DNA from: Candidatus Neomicrothrix sp.
Lineage (GTDB): Bacteria; Actinomycetota; Acidimicrobiia; Acidimicrobiales; Aldehydirespiratoraceae
Reading direction: 5' to 3'
DNA: 55,200 bases
Assembly: GCA_017852795.1 (NCBI GenBank)
Contig: JAFMKU010000008.1
Coordinates: 1-55,200 of the forward strand
In this document: positions 37,564-46,092 of the stretch, one piece after another
Layout of the letters: every line of letters begins with the position of its first letter
How positions within the stretch are numbered: position 1 is the first letter of the stretch
The notes under the pieces: generated by a model
Database searches by the model: none
What the model saw: the letters and a program-made list of their open reading frames with translations, nothing else
What the model was told of the DNA's origin: nothing
Translations under genes and position numbers: made by a program

Positions 37564-38577
37564 GTGGCCTCACTTCCTCGAAAAGCGATTCGACGACCGG
37601 TCAGCCTGCTGATGGTCGCGGTGAGCGGCCTTCTCACCCTGATCGCCAGCCCAATTGTTCTTCCCGTTTTGTACCTTGCCGACCTAGTGAGCGGACACTG
37701 GCGGGGGCGACTGGTTCGCTACTGGCTGCTGGCCGGTGCCGTGGTCTGGACTGAAATCACCGGGGTGATCGCGGCAACCGCGATCGGACTCTGGTTCGCC
37801 AATGGACGGCGAAACCCGTCGGGTTGGATGGCTGCGAATTACCGACTCGAGTGCTGGTGGGGGCGACGCCACTACCGCAACCTGCACATTTTTGCCGGGG
37901 TTTCCATCGAGCTCGATAACCCCGACATTCTCCATGGGCCGCCGACCATCGTGCTGGCCCGCCATTCCAGCCACATCGACGCGCTGATACCTCTGCTGTT
38001 TGTCGACGCAGCAGGCCGCCGGGCGTTCTACACCCTCAAACAGGACCTCAAATGGGCGCCCGCGATGGACATCGTCGGGGACCGAACCCACAACGTCTGG
38101 ATCGACCGAGCTCCCCGTCCTGGCTCACCGCTGTTCGGAAAAGTTGAGCAGTTAGCGGCCCGAATGACCGAACGAGATTCGTGTGTGATCTTCCCTGAAG
38201 GCACGTTCCGGACTCCGGAACGCCACGCCAGCACCATCACCCGGCTCCGCCGAAACCGACCCGACCTCGCCGACCGTGCTGAACGGTTGCGTTACGTCCT
38301 TGCCCCCCGCCCGGCGGGAACGTTGGCCCTGCTCCGGGGAGCACCCGAAGCCGACATCGTGATTTTGGCCAACTACGGCGTCGAAGGCCGAAGTTCGATC
38401 AGCGAGATTCTGGCGACGATCACTGAGAAGCGCCCGGTCGTGGTGCACGGCACCCGGCACGCCCGTGCTTCGCTTCCCACCAGCGACGAAGATATTGCCT
38501 CGTGGCTGGTGGATCGTTGGCTCGAAATGGACGACTGGATCCACGACCACATCACCCCCCAACCCAACGGAGCATGA
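37564..38577 (+). CDS. PlsC-like lysophospholipid acyltransferase
   Basis: RHSSHID (HxxxxD), FPEGT, LAPRPAG, N-terminal TM segments. GTG 37564 is 6 nt after TACGGT. Confidence 0.85.
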   Translation: MASLPRKAIRRPVSLLMVAVSGLLTLIASPIVLPVLYLADLVSGHWRGRLVRYWLLAGAVVWTEITGVIAATAIGLWFANGRRNPSGWMAANYRLECWWGRRHYRNLHIFAGVSIELDNPDILHGPPTIVLARHSSHIDALIPLLFVDAAGRRAFYTLKQDLKWAPAMDIVGDRTHNVWIDRAPRPGSPLFGKVEQLAARMTERDSCVIFPEGTFRTPERHASTITRLRRNRPDLADRAERLRYVLAPRPAGTLALLRGAPEADIVILANYGVEGRSSISEILATITEKRPVVVHGTRHARASLPTSDEDIASWLVDRWLEMDDWIHDHITPQPNGA

Positions 38578-38581
38578 ACGA

Positions 38582-39385
38582 ATGAGCAGCCACTTTGACG
38601 TACTTGGAACCGCCGGCCTTGCCGTCTTGAGCTTGATGGTGGCCGTTTGGCTCCTCAGTTTGGCGCTCAAGAACGCCAGCATCGTCGACATCTTTTGGGG
38701 TCTGGGGTTTGTGCTGGTGGCTTGGGCCAGCGCCGCGGTCGGTGACGGACATGATGGAAGGTCCACCCTGCTACTCATCTTGGTCAGTGTCTGGGGGTTG
38801 CGGCTCGGCGGGTATCTGCTGTGGCGCAACTGGGGGGAGCCTGAAGATTTCCGCTACCAGTCGATGCGGCGGCGGCAAGGGGCCGGGTTTCCACTGAAGT
38901 CGCTGTTTACCGTCTTTGGACTTCAAGGGGTGGTGATGTTCGTGGTGAGCCTTCCCGTCCAACTCGCCATGACCCCCGAAAGTCCCAAGCTTGGGGTGCT
39001 GGCCATCCTTGGTACGGCCCTGTGGGCGGTCGGGATGTTCTTTGAAGCAGTGGGTGACATCCAGTTGGCCCGGTTCAAAGCCGACCCCGCCAACGCCGGT
39101 TCGGTCCTCAACACTGGCCTTTGGCGCTACACCCGGCACCCCAACTACTTCGGTGATTTCTGTGTCTGGTGGGGAATCTGGCTGGTCGCGGCCGAAACCG
39201 GTGACGCGGCGTTCGCGGTTGTCGGTCCGATCCTGATGAGCATCATGTTGATGCGGGTGTCGGGTGTCCCGATGCTTGAACGCAGCCTCCGTAAACGGCG
39301 GCCCGGGTACGCCGACTATGTCGCGCAAACCGCAGCATTCTTCCCCCGCAAACCCCGCACCCCAAGCGCCGGAGGCACTTCGTGA
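38582..39385 (+). CDS. DUF1295-family (steroid-reductase-like) membrane protein
   Basis: NASIVDIFWG, WGLRLG, EDFRY, GLWRYTRHPNYFG. Confidence 0.9.
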   Translation: MSSHFDVLGTAGLAVLSLMVAVWLLSLALKNASIVDIFWGLGFVLVAWASAAVGDGHDGRSTLLLILVSVWGLRLGGYLLWRNWGEPEDFRYQSMRRRQGAGFPLKSLFTVFGLQGVVMFVVSLPVQLAMTPESPKLGVLAILGTALWAVGMFFEAVGDIQLARFKADPANAGSVLNTGLWRYTRHPNYFGDFCVWWGIWLVAAETGDAAFAVVGPILMSIMLMRVSGVPMLERSLRKRRPGYADYVAQTAAFFPRKPRTPSAGGTS

Positions 39386-40161
39386 GCGCGCCCGCTGCTT
39401 CGCTCGACGATCTCCAACTGGCCGTTGACCTCGCCCAGACCGGGGGCGCCACCACCTTGCAGTGGTTCCGTCAGCCCGGGCTGGATGTGGTCAAGAAAGG
39501 TGACGGATCTCCGGTAACCGCCGCCGATCTTGCCGCCGAAACCGAGGTTCGAGCTCGGCTGGCAGCCAGTCGACCCGACGACGGGATCATCGGTGAAGAG
39601 CACGACGACGTTTCCAGTTGCAACCAACGCACCTGGGTGATCGACCCGATCGACGGGACGAAAGCGTTCACTCACGGGGTGCCGTTGTACGCCACTTTGG
39701 TTGCGCTCGTTGACGAACATGGCCCCGCGGTTGGAGTGATCCATCTCCCTGCCCTCGGCGAAACCATCGCCGCCGGTCGAGGGTTGGGGGCCACCTGCAA
39801 CGGAGAACCGTGCCGCGTGTCCACCCACGCCAGCCTGGACGGGGCGTATGCCATGACCAGCGGGTTCGGCTACTGGGAGTCCGATGCGCTGGCCCGCATG
39901 ATGGAAAGTCCCGCGGTCCTTCGCACCTGGGGTGACGCCTACGGGTACGCACTGGTCGCGACTGGTCGCGCCGAAGCCATGATCGACCCCAAGGCCAGCC
40001 CGTGGGATATTGCGCCGATGGCGGTCATTCTTGCCGAGGCTGGTGGCACGTTCTCGAGTTCAGTCGGCGACACCGGCCCTGACGCCTGGCGAAACGGTTC
40101 TGGTGTGGCGACCAACGGCCACATCCATCAAGAAATCATCGATCTGTTGAACCGGGCCTGA
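39382..40161 (+). CDS. hisN: Histidinol-phosphatase, inositol-monophosphatase family
   Basis: KGDGSPVT, GEE, DPIDGT, WGDAYGY, WDIAP. Confidence 0.8.
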   Translation: MSAPAASLDDLQLAVDLAQTGGATTLQWFRQPGLDVVKKGDGSPVTAADLAAETEVRARLAASRPDDGIIGEEHDDVSSCNQRTWVIDPIDGTKAFTHGVPLYATLVALVDEHGPAVGVIHLPALGETIAAGRGLGATCNGEPCRVSTHASLDGAYAMTSGFGYWESDALARMMESPAVLRTWGDAYGYALVATGRAEAMIDPKASPWDIAPMAVILAEAGGTFSSSVGDTGPDAWRNGSGVATNGHIHQEIIDLLNRA

Positions 40162-40173
40162 GCCAACCGTTCG

Positions 40174-41166
40174 TCACACAAACGTCGAAATGCCTTCGAA
40201 GCGAACCGGTTTCACTCCTCGCGTCGCCAGCGTTGACAACAAACCAACCGTGTCCGACACCGCGGCCAACCCGGCCGCACCTGGTGGGAACCGACCCTCG
40301 AGAACGTGCACTCCGACCGCAGCCGCCATCGCCCCCGCCGCTACCGCCGGCCGTTCTACCGCTCCCAACACCGAGACTTGGCGTTCCTGTCCGACCCGGC
40401 CTCGCAGCTCAACTCGTATCGCTCCGATGCCGCCTTCGGGGTGAGGGCGACGAAGCATCGGGAGTGGTGCACTCAACCGGTCGCGTCGAGTCGCGGCCTG
40501 CCGGGCCGTTACCCGCTGCACTCCGGGGAAATTCGGTGCGAGCAGCAAGGCGTCGGCCAACGCGGCACGGTAACAATCGCGGCCGCCGACCGGTTCCGGG
40601 AACCAGACCAGCTCCCGTCCAGAACCGCCGGCCCGGCGCATCCAATCCCCGTCGCGCCAATCCACACCGGTGGTGCTCAACGCGCGCTGATGTTGCCGGG
40701 CACAAGCGGGTCCACCGGTGCCGACTTTGGCCACGTGGATTTCGTCGACTTCATCAAACGCCCGGGCGGCGTGACGGGCCAGAAGGCAGCTCAACCCCGG
40801 CATGAACCCGGCGCCAACCACGACCGGAACCCGTTGCATCCTCGCTTCGCTGTCCAATTCGAGGAGCCGACGAACCTCCGCGGTCTGATTAGAGGTCGTT
40901 ACTACCGGAACCCCCGCTTTGACGGCCCGGCGGGCCAACCCCACCTGCGTTCCGGGTGGGGTCGCCACGATCACCATGTCGATACGGGGATCAACGCCTC
41001 GGCCGGCACCAACCGTTGAGCCACGTCCTAACGAGGACACCAACCGGGTCGCGGCCTCGGCGTTCACGTCACGAACCTCCAACACCTCCACCGTGTCGGT
41101 CGATTGCAGTTGGCGGGCGATACGAGAACCGGTCGCCCCTGCTCCAAACAGCAAAACGTGACTCAT
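40174..41166 (-). CDS. Saccharopine-dehydrogenase-like NAD(P)-dependent oxidoreductase
   Basis: FGAGATG Rossmann motif and GAGFMPGLS. ATG 41166 overlaps the upstream TGA. Confidence 0.7.
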   Translation of the reverse strand: MSHVLLFGAGATGSRIARQLQSTDTVEVLEVRDVNAEAATRLVSSLGRGSTVGAGRGVDPRIDMVIVATPPGTQVGLARRAVKAGVPVVTTSNQTAEVRRLLELDSEARMQRVPVVVGAGFMPGLSCLLARHAARAFDEVDEIHVAKVGTGGPACARQHQRALSTTGVDWRDGDWMRRAGGSGRELVWFPEPVGGRDCYRAALADALLLAPNFPGVQRVTARQAATRRDRLSAPLPMLRRPHPEGGIGAIRVELRGRVGQERQVSVLGAVERPAVAAGAMAAAVGVHVLEGRFPPGAAGLAAVSDTVGLLSTLATRGVKPVRFEGISTFV

Positions 41167-41318
41167 CAGAGCAGGTCGTCGCCGCGTAGCTCGCGCCAAC
41201 CACCGGTCTGAGGGGCAATTCCGCCGGTACCCCGGACCCGAATCAGCGCGGCAGCCATCAGTCCCGCCCCGATCGCCACCATGGCTCGACGGATCAGCGT
41301 TGGCAATCCTCCACCCAT
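41166..41318 (-). CDS. Small single-TM protein (50 aa)
   Basis: GGAGG 5 nt before ATG 41318, one hydrophobic helix, TGATG coupling to the next gene. Confidence 0.55.
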   Translation of the reverse strand: MGGGLPTLIRRAMVAIGAGLMAAALIRVRGTGGIAPQTGGWRELRGDDLL

Positions 41319-41348
41319 CGGCGCCTCCCGAACGTTCCGCACGGCAAC

Positions 41349-41368
41349 ACCCTGCAAGCCCGCAGGGT
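41349..41368 (-). terminator. Hairpin downstream of tRNA-Ile
   Basis: ACCCTGC-AAGCCC-GCAGGGT inverted repeat. Confidence 0.45.
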
Positions 41369-41376
41369 TCCTAGCG

Positions 41377-41450
<74 letters not shown>

Positions 41451-41465
41451 GTGCGGTAGGTAACG

Positions 41466-42137
41466 CTATCCCTCGTCAACCGCGTTGACGACATCTCCGA
41501 CCGGGAGATCCACATCCGGTTGAGGTGCAGTCGTTTCCTGAAACACGGTGACCGGTTGAACTCCAGAAACTTGACGGGGCCGCAGTTGCTTGGGGCGAGG
41601 CCGAGCGGTCTCTTCTTCAACCACAGTCATGCGGATACCGCCGGTCAAATCCGAGATCAAGTTGAAAAGGACAGCCATCAGCACCGTGAAACCTGAACCG
41701 GCAACAACCATGACCAAGCCGCCAAGGGCGGCGGCACGAAACACCTGATCTCCGTTGATCGTGAAACTCTTCAACGCGAACAGGTCGGTGATGAACGACT
41801 CAATGTTTTCGATCGATCCTGAGCTGACCGCCAAACTCCACAGGATCACCCCGGAGATCAACAAAATGCCCCAGAGGCAGAAGTAGAAGATCAAGGCGAC
41901 CTTCATGACCGACCACGGTTCGATGTGACGAACGAGGCGACGAACTCGGCGGGCCCGCAGCCGTTGAGCTGACCGTTTCGAGAACCAAGCACCAAAACTG
42001 TCTAGGAACGCTTCGCCGGATTTCTTCTCGGGTCGGCCAAGCACCGAACCTGCCGCGGCGCCATCCATACCGCTCGTTGGCATACCACCAGTCGCTTGCT
42101 GGAAAACCGCTTCGTCAACGTCGGGGAGATCACTCAT
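41466..42137 (-). CDS. DUF3566 membrane protein (Rv0007-like)
   Basis: IEPWSVMKV...FNLISDLTGGI signature, in its usual position between gyrA and tRNA-Ile. Confidence 0.88.
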   Translation of the reverse strand: MSDLPDVDEAVFQQATGGMPTSGMDGAAAGSVLGRPEKKSGEAFLDSFGAWFSKRSAQRLRARRVRRLVRHIEPWSVMKVALIFYFCLWGILLISGVILWSLAVSSGSIENIESFITDLFALKSFTINGDQVFRAAALGGLVMVVAGSGFTVLMAVLFNLISDLTGGIRMTVVEEETARPRPKQLRPRQVSGVQPVTVFQETTAPQPDVDLPVGDVVNAVDEG

Positions 42138-42186
42138 AGGACTTCATTAGTGTACGGGGAACGCTACGACCTATGGGTTCAGGCTG

Positions 42187-43029
42187 TTACTTCTCGTTGC
42201 CCAACGCTTGTTCAACGTACTCCACCAATGTTTCGCGCCAGGCCAGCAAATTCTTGTAGTTGGCGACGTCATCGGGCATGGTTTGAAGCGTTTGCAGCAG
42301 CCCTAGGTCGAGTTCAGGAAGCACCGACCAGAGCGGCCACCGGTGCACCCGAACCGTGAACACCATGGCATCAGGATGTTCCACGAGGCGCCGCAGCGTC
42401 TGACGCTCGATTCGAAGGTGCAGATCGTCGACGGTGGTGGTTTGCGGGTCCATTCTTCGTTGGCCGGCGGGCAGTCGCAACGTCGCGGTATCCACAACCG
42501 ACCAGTTCGGACGCCAGACGATGGATCCCGGCCGAAGCCGAGCAAAGAGTCGATCCACGGCCAGAGCAATGTCGTCGAAGCGGGGCACTACCGCATGTAT
42601 CCCAGCCAGAGACCGGCCAAGATTCGCAGCCGGGCTCCAACCGGTCGGGAAACACACCGCACCTGCGGTCATCACCCACTCGTCGTCTTTGCGCTCCATC
42701 AACACCAGATCTTCGTGAATTCGAAGCGCCGCTCGTTCCAGTGGGGGTTCTGGTCCATCATCGACCAACGGCAGGTTGTGATCGGCCAACGCCTGATTCA
42801 CGAGTGCAAGTACCTCACCCGCTGGTCCCTGCGAACCGGGCAGAGACACCACCGCGTCATCAGCATGTTCGGAAAGCACCCAAGCTTTCTCCATAAGGTC
42901 GGCATGTAGATCTTCCATGTCGAACTGGAGCCAACCCTGCTTTGAGGCGTTGCGGGTCGCTACTCGCCACCGCCACGGTTCGTTGTTGAACAGCGAAACC
43001 GGCACGACTTCCCGAAAGGCCATCACCAT
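42187..43029 (-). CDS. DUF3445 / heme-dependent oxidative N-demethylase alpha-subunit-like protein
   Basis: EDLVL, VCFPTGW, IHAVVP, RPNW, LRIERQTLRRL, FTVR. Confidence 0.82.
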   Translation of the reverse strand: MVMAFREVVPVSLFNNEPWRWRVATRNASKQGWLQFDMEDLHADLMEKAWVLSEHADDAVVSLPGSQGPAGEVLALVNQALADHNLPLVDDGPEPPLERAALRIHEDLVLMERKDDEWVMTAGAVCFPTGWSPAANLGRSLAGIHAVVPRFDDIALAVDRLFARLRPGSIVWRPNWSVVDTATLRLPAGQRRMDPQTTTVDDLHLRIERQTLRRLVEHPDAMVFTVRVHRWPLWSVLPELDLGLLQTLQTMPDDVANYKNLLAWRETLVEYVEQALGNEK

Positions 43030-43072
43030 GGTTGGCAGTCTGGTCTAGAACTCCGGTCGAAGGGAAGCACCG

Positions 43073-43432
43073 TCACCGCCCTGCCGAGTCACGCGCCCAG
43101 ACCAGTTCACGAACGGCGCGGGCTCGGGCCCGCATACGGCCCACCCGAACCAGCACCTCGGCTCCATCTGCGGTCGGAGTGAACCAGACCAGCACGGCCC
43201 CGTTGGCTTCGGCTAGTTCGCGAGCCGACGCTTGGCCGAACCGGGCACCGGCCAGCGCCGCCGCGTCCGCGGCGGTTCGAGCCTGTGCGGCGTCGTCAAC
43301 CAAGGCGCCGAGTTGCGCGATCAGCACCATTACCCCGACCGCAACGAGCAGCACCACAAGAAACCACGGAACCATTTGTCCTGAACAGTTCGCACATCGA
43401 CGCGTATTCGACACCCTCAGCCGTTTGGCCAT
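43073..43432 (-). CDS. TadE/TadG-like pseudopilin (Rv3654c-like)
   Basis: G-Q followed by a hydrophobic helix, ARTAADAAALAGA, ARELAEANGA, ARARA. Confidence 0.75.
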   Translation of the reverse strand: MAKRLRVSNTRRCANCSGQMVPWFLVVLLVAVGVMVLIAQLGALVDDAAQARTAADAAALAGARFGQASARELAEANGAVLVWFTPTADGAEVLVRVGRMRARARAVRELVWARDSAGR

Positions 43433-43499
43433 GGCACCTCTCCCCTATCCGGCTGTTGCCGGGTTGCTTGGTGAAGGGGAAGAAGAACGAGCGCCGTGG

Positions 43500-46079
43500 T
43501 TAGGCGTCGGTGGGGGGAACCTCAGTCTCGGTTGGTGCGGCACCATCGGTTGACCCGCTAACGTCCGGGGCCGCTTCGCCATCGGGTGGTGCGGCACCAT
43601 CGGTTGACTCTTCGGCGGCAAGCAGTCCCTCTTCGTGGTGGACGAGGGCGATTGATGCCACTTGGTCATCGTCGTCAACCCGAACGACGCGCACACCAGC
43701 CGCGCTTCGGCCCTGCACCGAAATGTCGCCGGCCCGGGTTCGCATCATCACGCCTTGTCGGGTGATGACCAGGATTTGGTCGTCGTCGTCGACCATCAAG
43801 GTGCCCACCACCGGGCCCTTTTCTTCACTGATCCGAATACCGACCACGCCCATGCCGCCTCGGCCCTTGACCGGGAACTGATCGACGTTGGTGCGTTTGC
43901 CGTGCCCGTTTTGGGTGATGTGAAGCAGCGACGATCCTTCCCGAGCAATGTCGCAAGACACCACTCGATCACCGGCCTTCTTAAACTTCAGACCGATCAC
44001 GCCTGCCGCGTTGCGACCCATTTCTCGAACCTTGTCTTCGGTGAAACGAATGGTTTGACCAAAGCCGCTCGACAACAAGATGTCGAAGACCCCGTTGGTC
44101 GGAATGACTTTGACCAGTTCGTCGTCGTCGTTGAGTTTGATCGCGATCAACCCGGCGCGCAGCGACGAGTTGTAGGCGGTGAACCGGGTTTTCTTGACCC
44201 GGCCTTTGGCCGTGGCGAAGAACAAGTAGCGGTTCGTCTCATAATCGCGGGTGTCGATAATTGCCTGAATCGCTTCGCCTTCATGCAACGGCAGCATGTT
44301 GACAATCGCCGTTCCCCGCGAGGTACGGCTGGCTACCGGTATCTCGTGGGCTTTCAGGCGGTACACCCGTCCACGATTCGAAAAGAACAGCAAGTAGGAG
44401 TGGGCGGTGGTGTGAATGAGGTGCGTCATCGTGTCCTCATCTTTGACCTTGGCCCCTGCGATCCCCCGGCCGCCCCGGCCCTGCGCCCGGAACTCTTGGG
44501 CGGGGGTGGTCTTGACGTAGCCGGTTGAGGTCATCGTGAACACCAACGGGTCGTCGTCGATGAGGTCCTCGATGTCAAACTCGCCCGGATCGATTTCGAG
44601 GCGTGAACGACGATCACTTCCGAACTCGTCGGACACCGCGGTCAACTCTTCAATGATCACGGCCCGCAGCCGAGCATCATCACCGAGGATCGCTTGCAGT
44701 TCAGAAATCGTCTCGTTGAGTTCGGTCGCTTCGGACTCAAGGTCGGAGCGGCCCAAACGAGTCAGGCGACCAAGTTGCATGTCAAGAATGTGGTTGGCCT
44801 GAACTTCGCTGAACTCGAACGGTGCCGACATCAGCGCTTCGCGTGCCGAACCGCGATCGGCGCTGGCGCGAATTGCAGCGATGATCTCGTCGATGAGGTC
44901 TAGTGCTTTGAGGAGACCCTCGACAATGTGCAGTCGCTTCTGGGCTTGATCAAGTCGATATTCGGAACGGCGGGTGACAACCTCAATTTGATGATTGACG
45001 TACGCCACCAGCGCGTCGCGGAGGTTCAGGGTGCGAGGAACGCCGCCGACTAGCGCCACCATGTTCACCCCGAAGCTGGTTTGCAGCGGGGTGCTCTTCC
45101 AGAGGTTGTTCAGAACGACTTCAGGGTTGGCATCCCGTTTCAGCGTGATGACAAAGCGGGTGTCGTCACCTGAAGATTCGTCGTTGACGTCCGCGATTCC
45201 TTCGATCTCACGGTTGTTGACCAATTCGGCGATGCGTCGTGCCACCGCACCCGCCGAAACCTGGTACGGAAACTCGGTAACGACAATGGCTTGACGGGTG
45301 CCAATCTCAACCACTTCGGTTGAGGCCCGCATCTTCACCGATCCACGACCGGTCCGGTAGGCCGATTCGATCCCCTGGCGCCCCAAAATCTGTCCGCCGG
45401 TTGGGAAATCCGGGCCTTGCACGAACTCCATGAGTTCATCAACGGTGGCTTCCGGGTTGCCGAGAAGGTGGGTAACTGCCGCACAGACCTCGTTGAGGTT
45501 GTGGGGCGGAATGTTGGTCGCCATTCCCACCGCGATGCCCTGACTGCCGTTGACCAACAGGTTCGGGAACCGGGCCGGCAACACGGCAGGTTCGGTGAAA
45601 TCGCCTGAGTAGTTGTCGATGAAATCAACGGTGTCTTCGTCAATGTCGGCCAGCATCTGCATGGCCAGACGATGCAGCCGGGATTCTGTGTAACGGGCGG
45701 CAGCCGGAGGATCTTCAGGAGAGCCGTAGTTGCCGTGGAAATCGATCAGCGGGTGACGTAGCGAAAATGGCTGCGCCATGCGGGCCAGTGCGTCGTAGAT
45801 CGCCGAGTCACCGTGCGGGTGAAAACGTGCCATCACGTCGCCGGTAACTCGGGCACATTTCACGTGAGCCCGGTCGGGACGGAACCCTTGATCAAACATC
45901 GACCACAAAATGCGGCGATGCACTGGCTTCAAACCGTCTCGGGCATCGGGCAGTGCTCGGCTGATAATGACCGACATGGCGTAGTCGAGGAAGGAGGTTT
46001 CCATCTCCGACTGAATCTCGATCACCGTGATGTTTTCGGCCGTTTCGCCGTTGAGTTCCTCGGGTGGGGTATCAGACAT
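43500..46079 (-). CDS. gyrA: DNA gyrase subunit A
   Basis: RALPDARDGLKPVHRR, HPHGDS, AARYTE catalytic Tyr, GyrA-box QGRGGRG. Confidence 0.98.
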   Translation of the reverse strand: MSDTPPEELNGETAENITVIEIQSEMETSFLDYAMSVIISRALPDARDGLKPVHRRILWSMFDQGFRPDRAHVKCARVTGDVMARFHPHGDSAIYDALARMAQPFSLRHPLIDFHGNYGSPEDPPAAARYTESRLHRLAMQMLADIDEDTVDFIDNYSGDFTEPAVLPARFPNLLVNGSQGIAVGMATNIPPHNLNEVCAAVTHLLGNPEATVDELMEFVQGPDFPTGGQILGRQGIESAYRTGRGSVKMRASTEVVEIGTRQAIVVTEFPYQVSAGAVARRIAELVNNREIEGIADVNDESSGDDTRFVITLKRDANPEVVLNNLWKSTPLQTSFGVNMVALVGGVPRTLNLRDALVAYVNHQIEVVTRRSEYRLDQAQKRLHIVEGLLKALDLIDEIIAAIRASADRGSAREALMSAPFEFSEVQANHILDMQLGRLTRLGRSDLESEATELNETISELQAILGDDARLRAVIIEELTAVSDEFGSDRRSRLEIDPGEFDIEDLIDDDPLVFTMTSTGYVKTTPAQEFRAQGRGGRGIAGAKVKDEDTMTHLIHTTAHSYLLFFSNRGRVYRLKAHEIPVASRTSRGTAIVNMLPLHEGEAIQAIIDTRDYETNRYLFFATAKGRVKKTRFTAYNSSLRAGLIAIKLNDDDELVKVIPTNGVFDILLSSGFGQTIRFTEDKVREMGRNAAGVIGLKFKKAGDRVVSCDIAREGSSLLHITQNGHGKRTNVDQFPVKGRGGMGVVGIRISEEKGPVVGTLMVDDDDQILVITRQGVMMRTRAGDISVQGRSAAGVRVVRVDDDDQVASIALVHHEEGLLAAEESTDGAAPPDGEAAPDVSGSTDGAAPTETEVPPTDA
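43533..43608. repeat. 22-bp direct repeat in the gyrA acidic tail (encodes STDGAAP twice)
   Basis: TGGTGCGGCACCATCGGTTGAC at 43533-43554 and 43587-43608. Confidence 0.85.
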
Positions 46080-46092
46080 CGTTCATCCCCTC

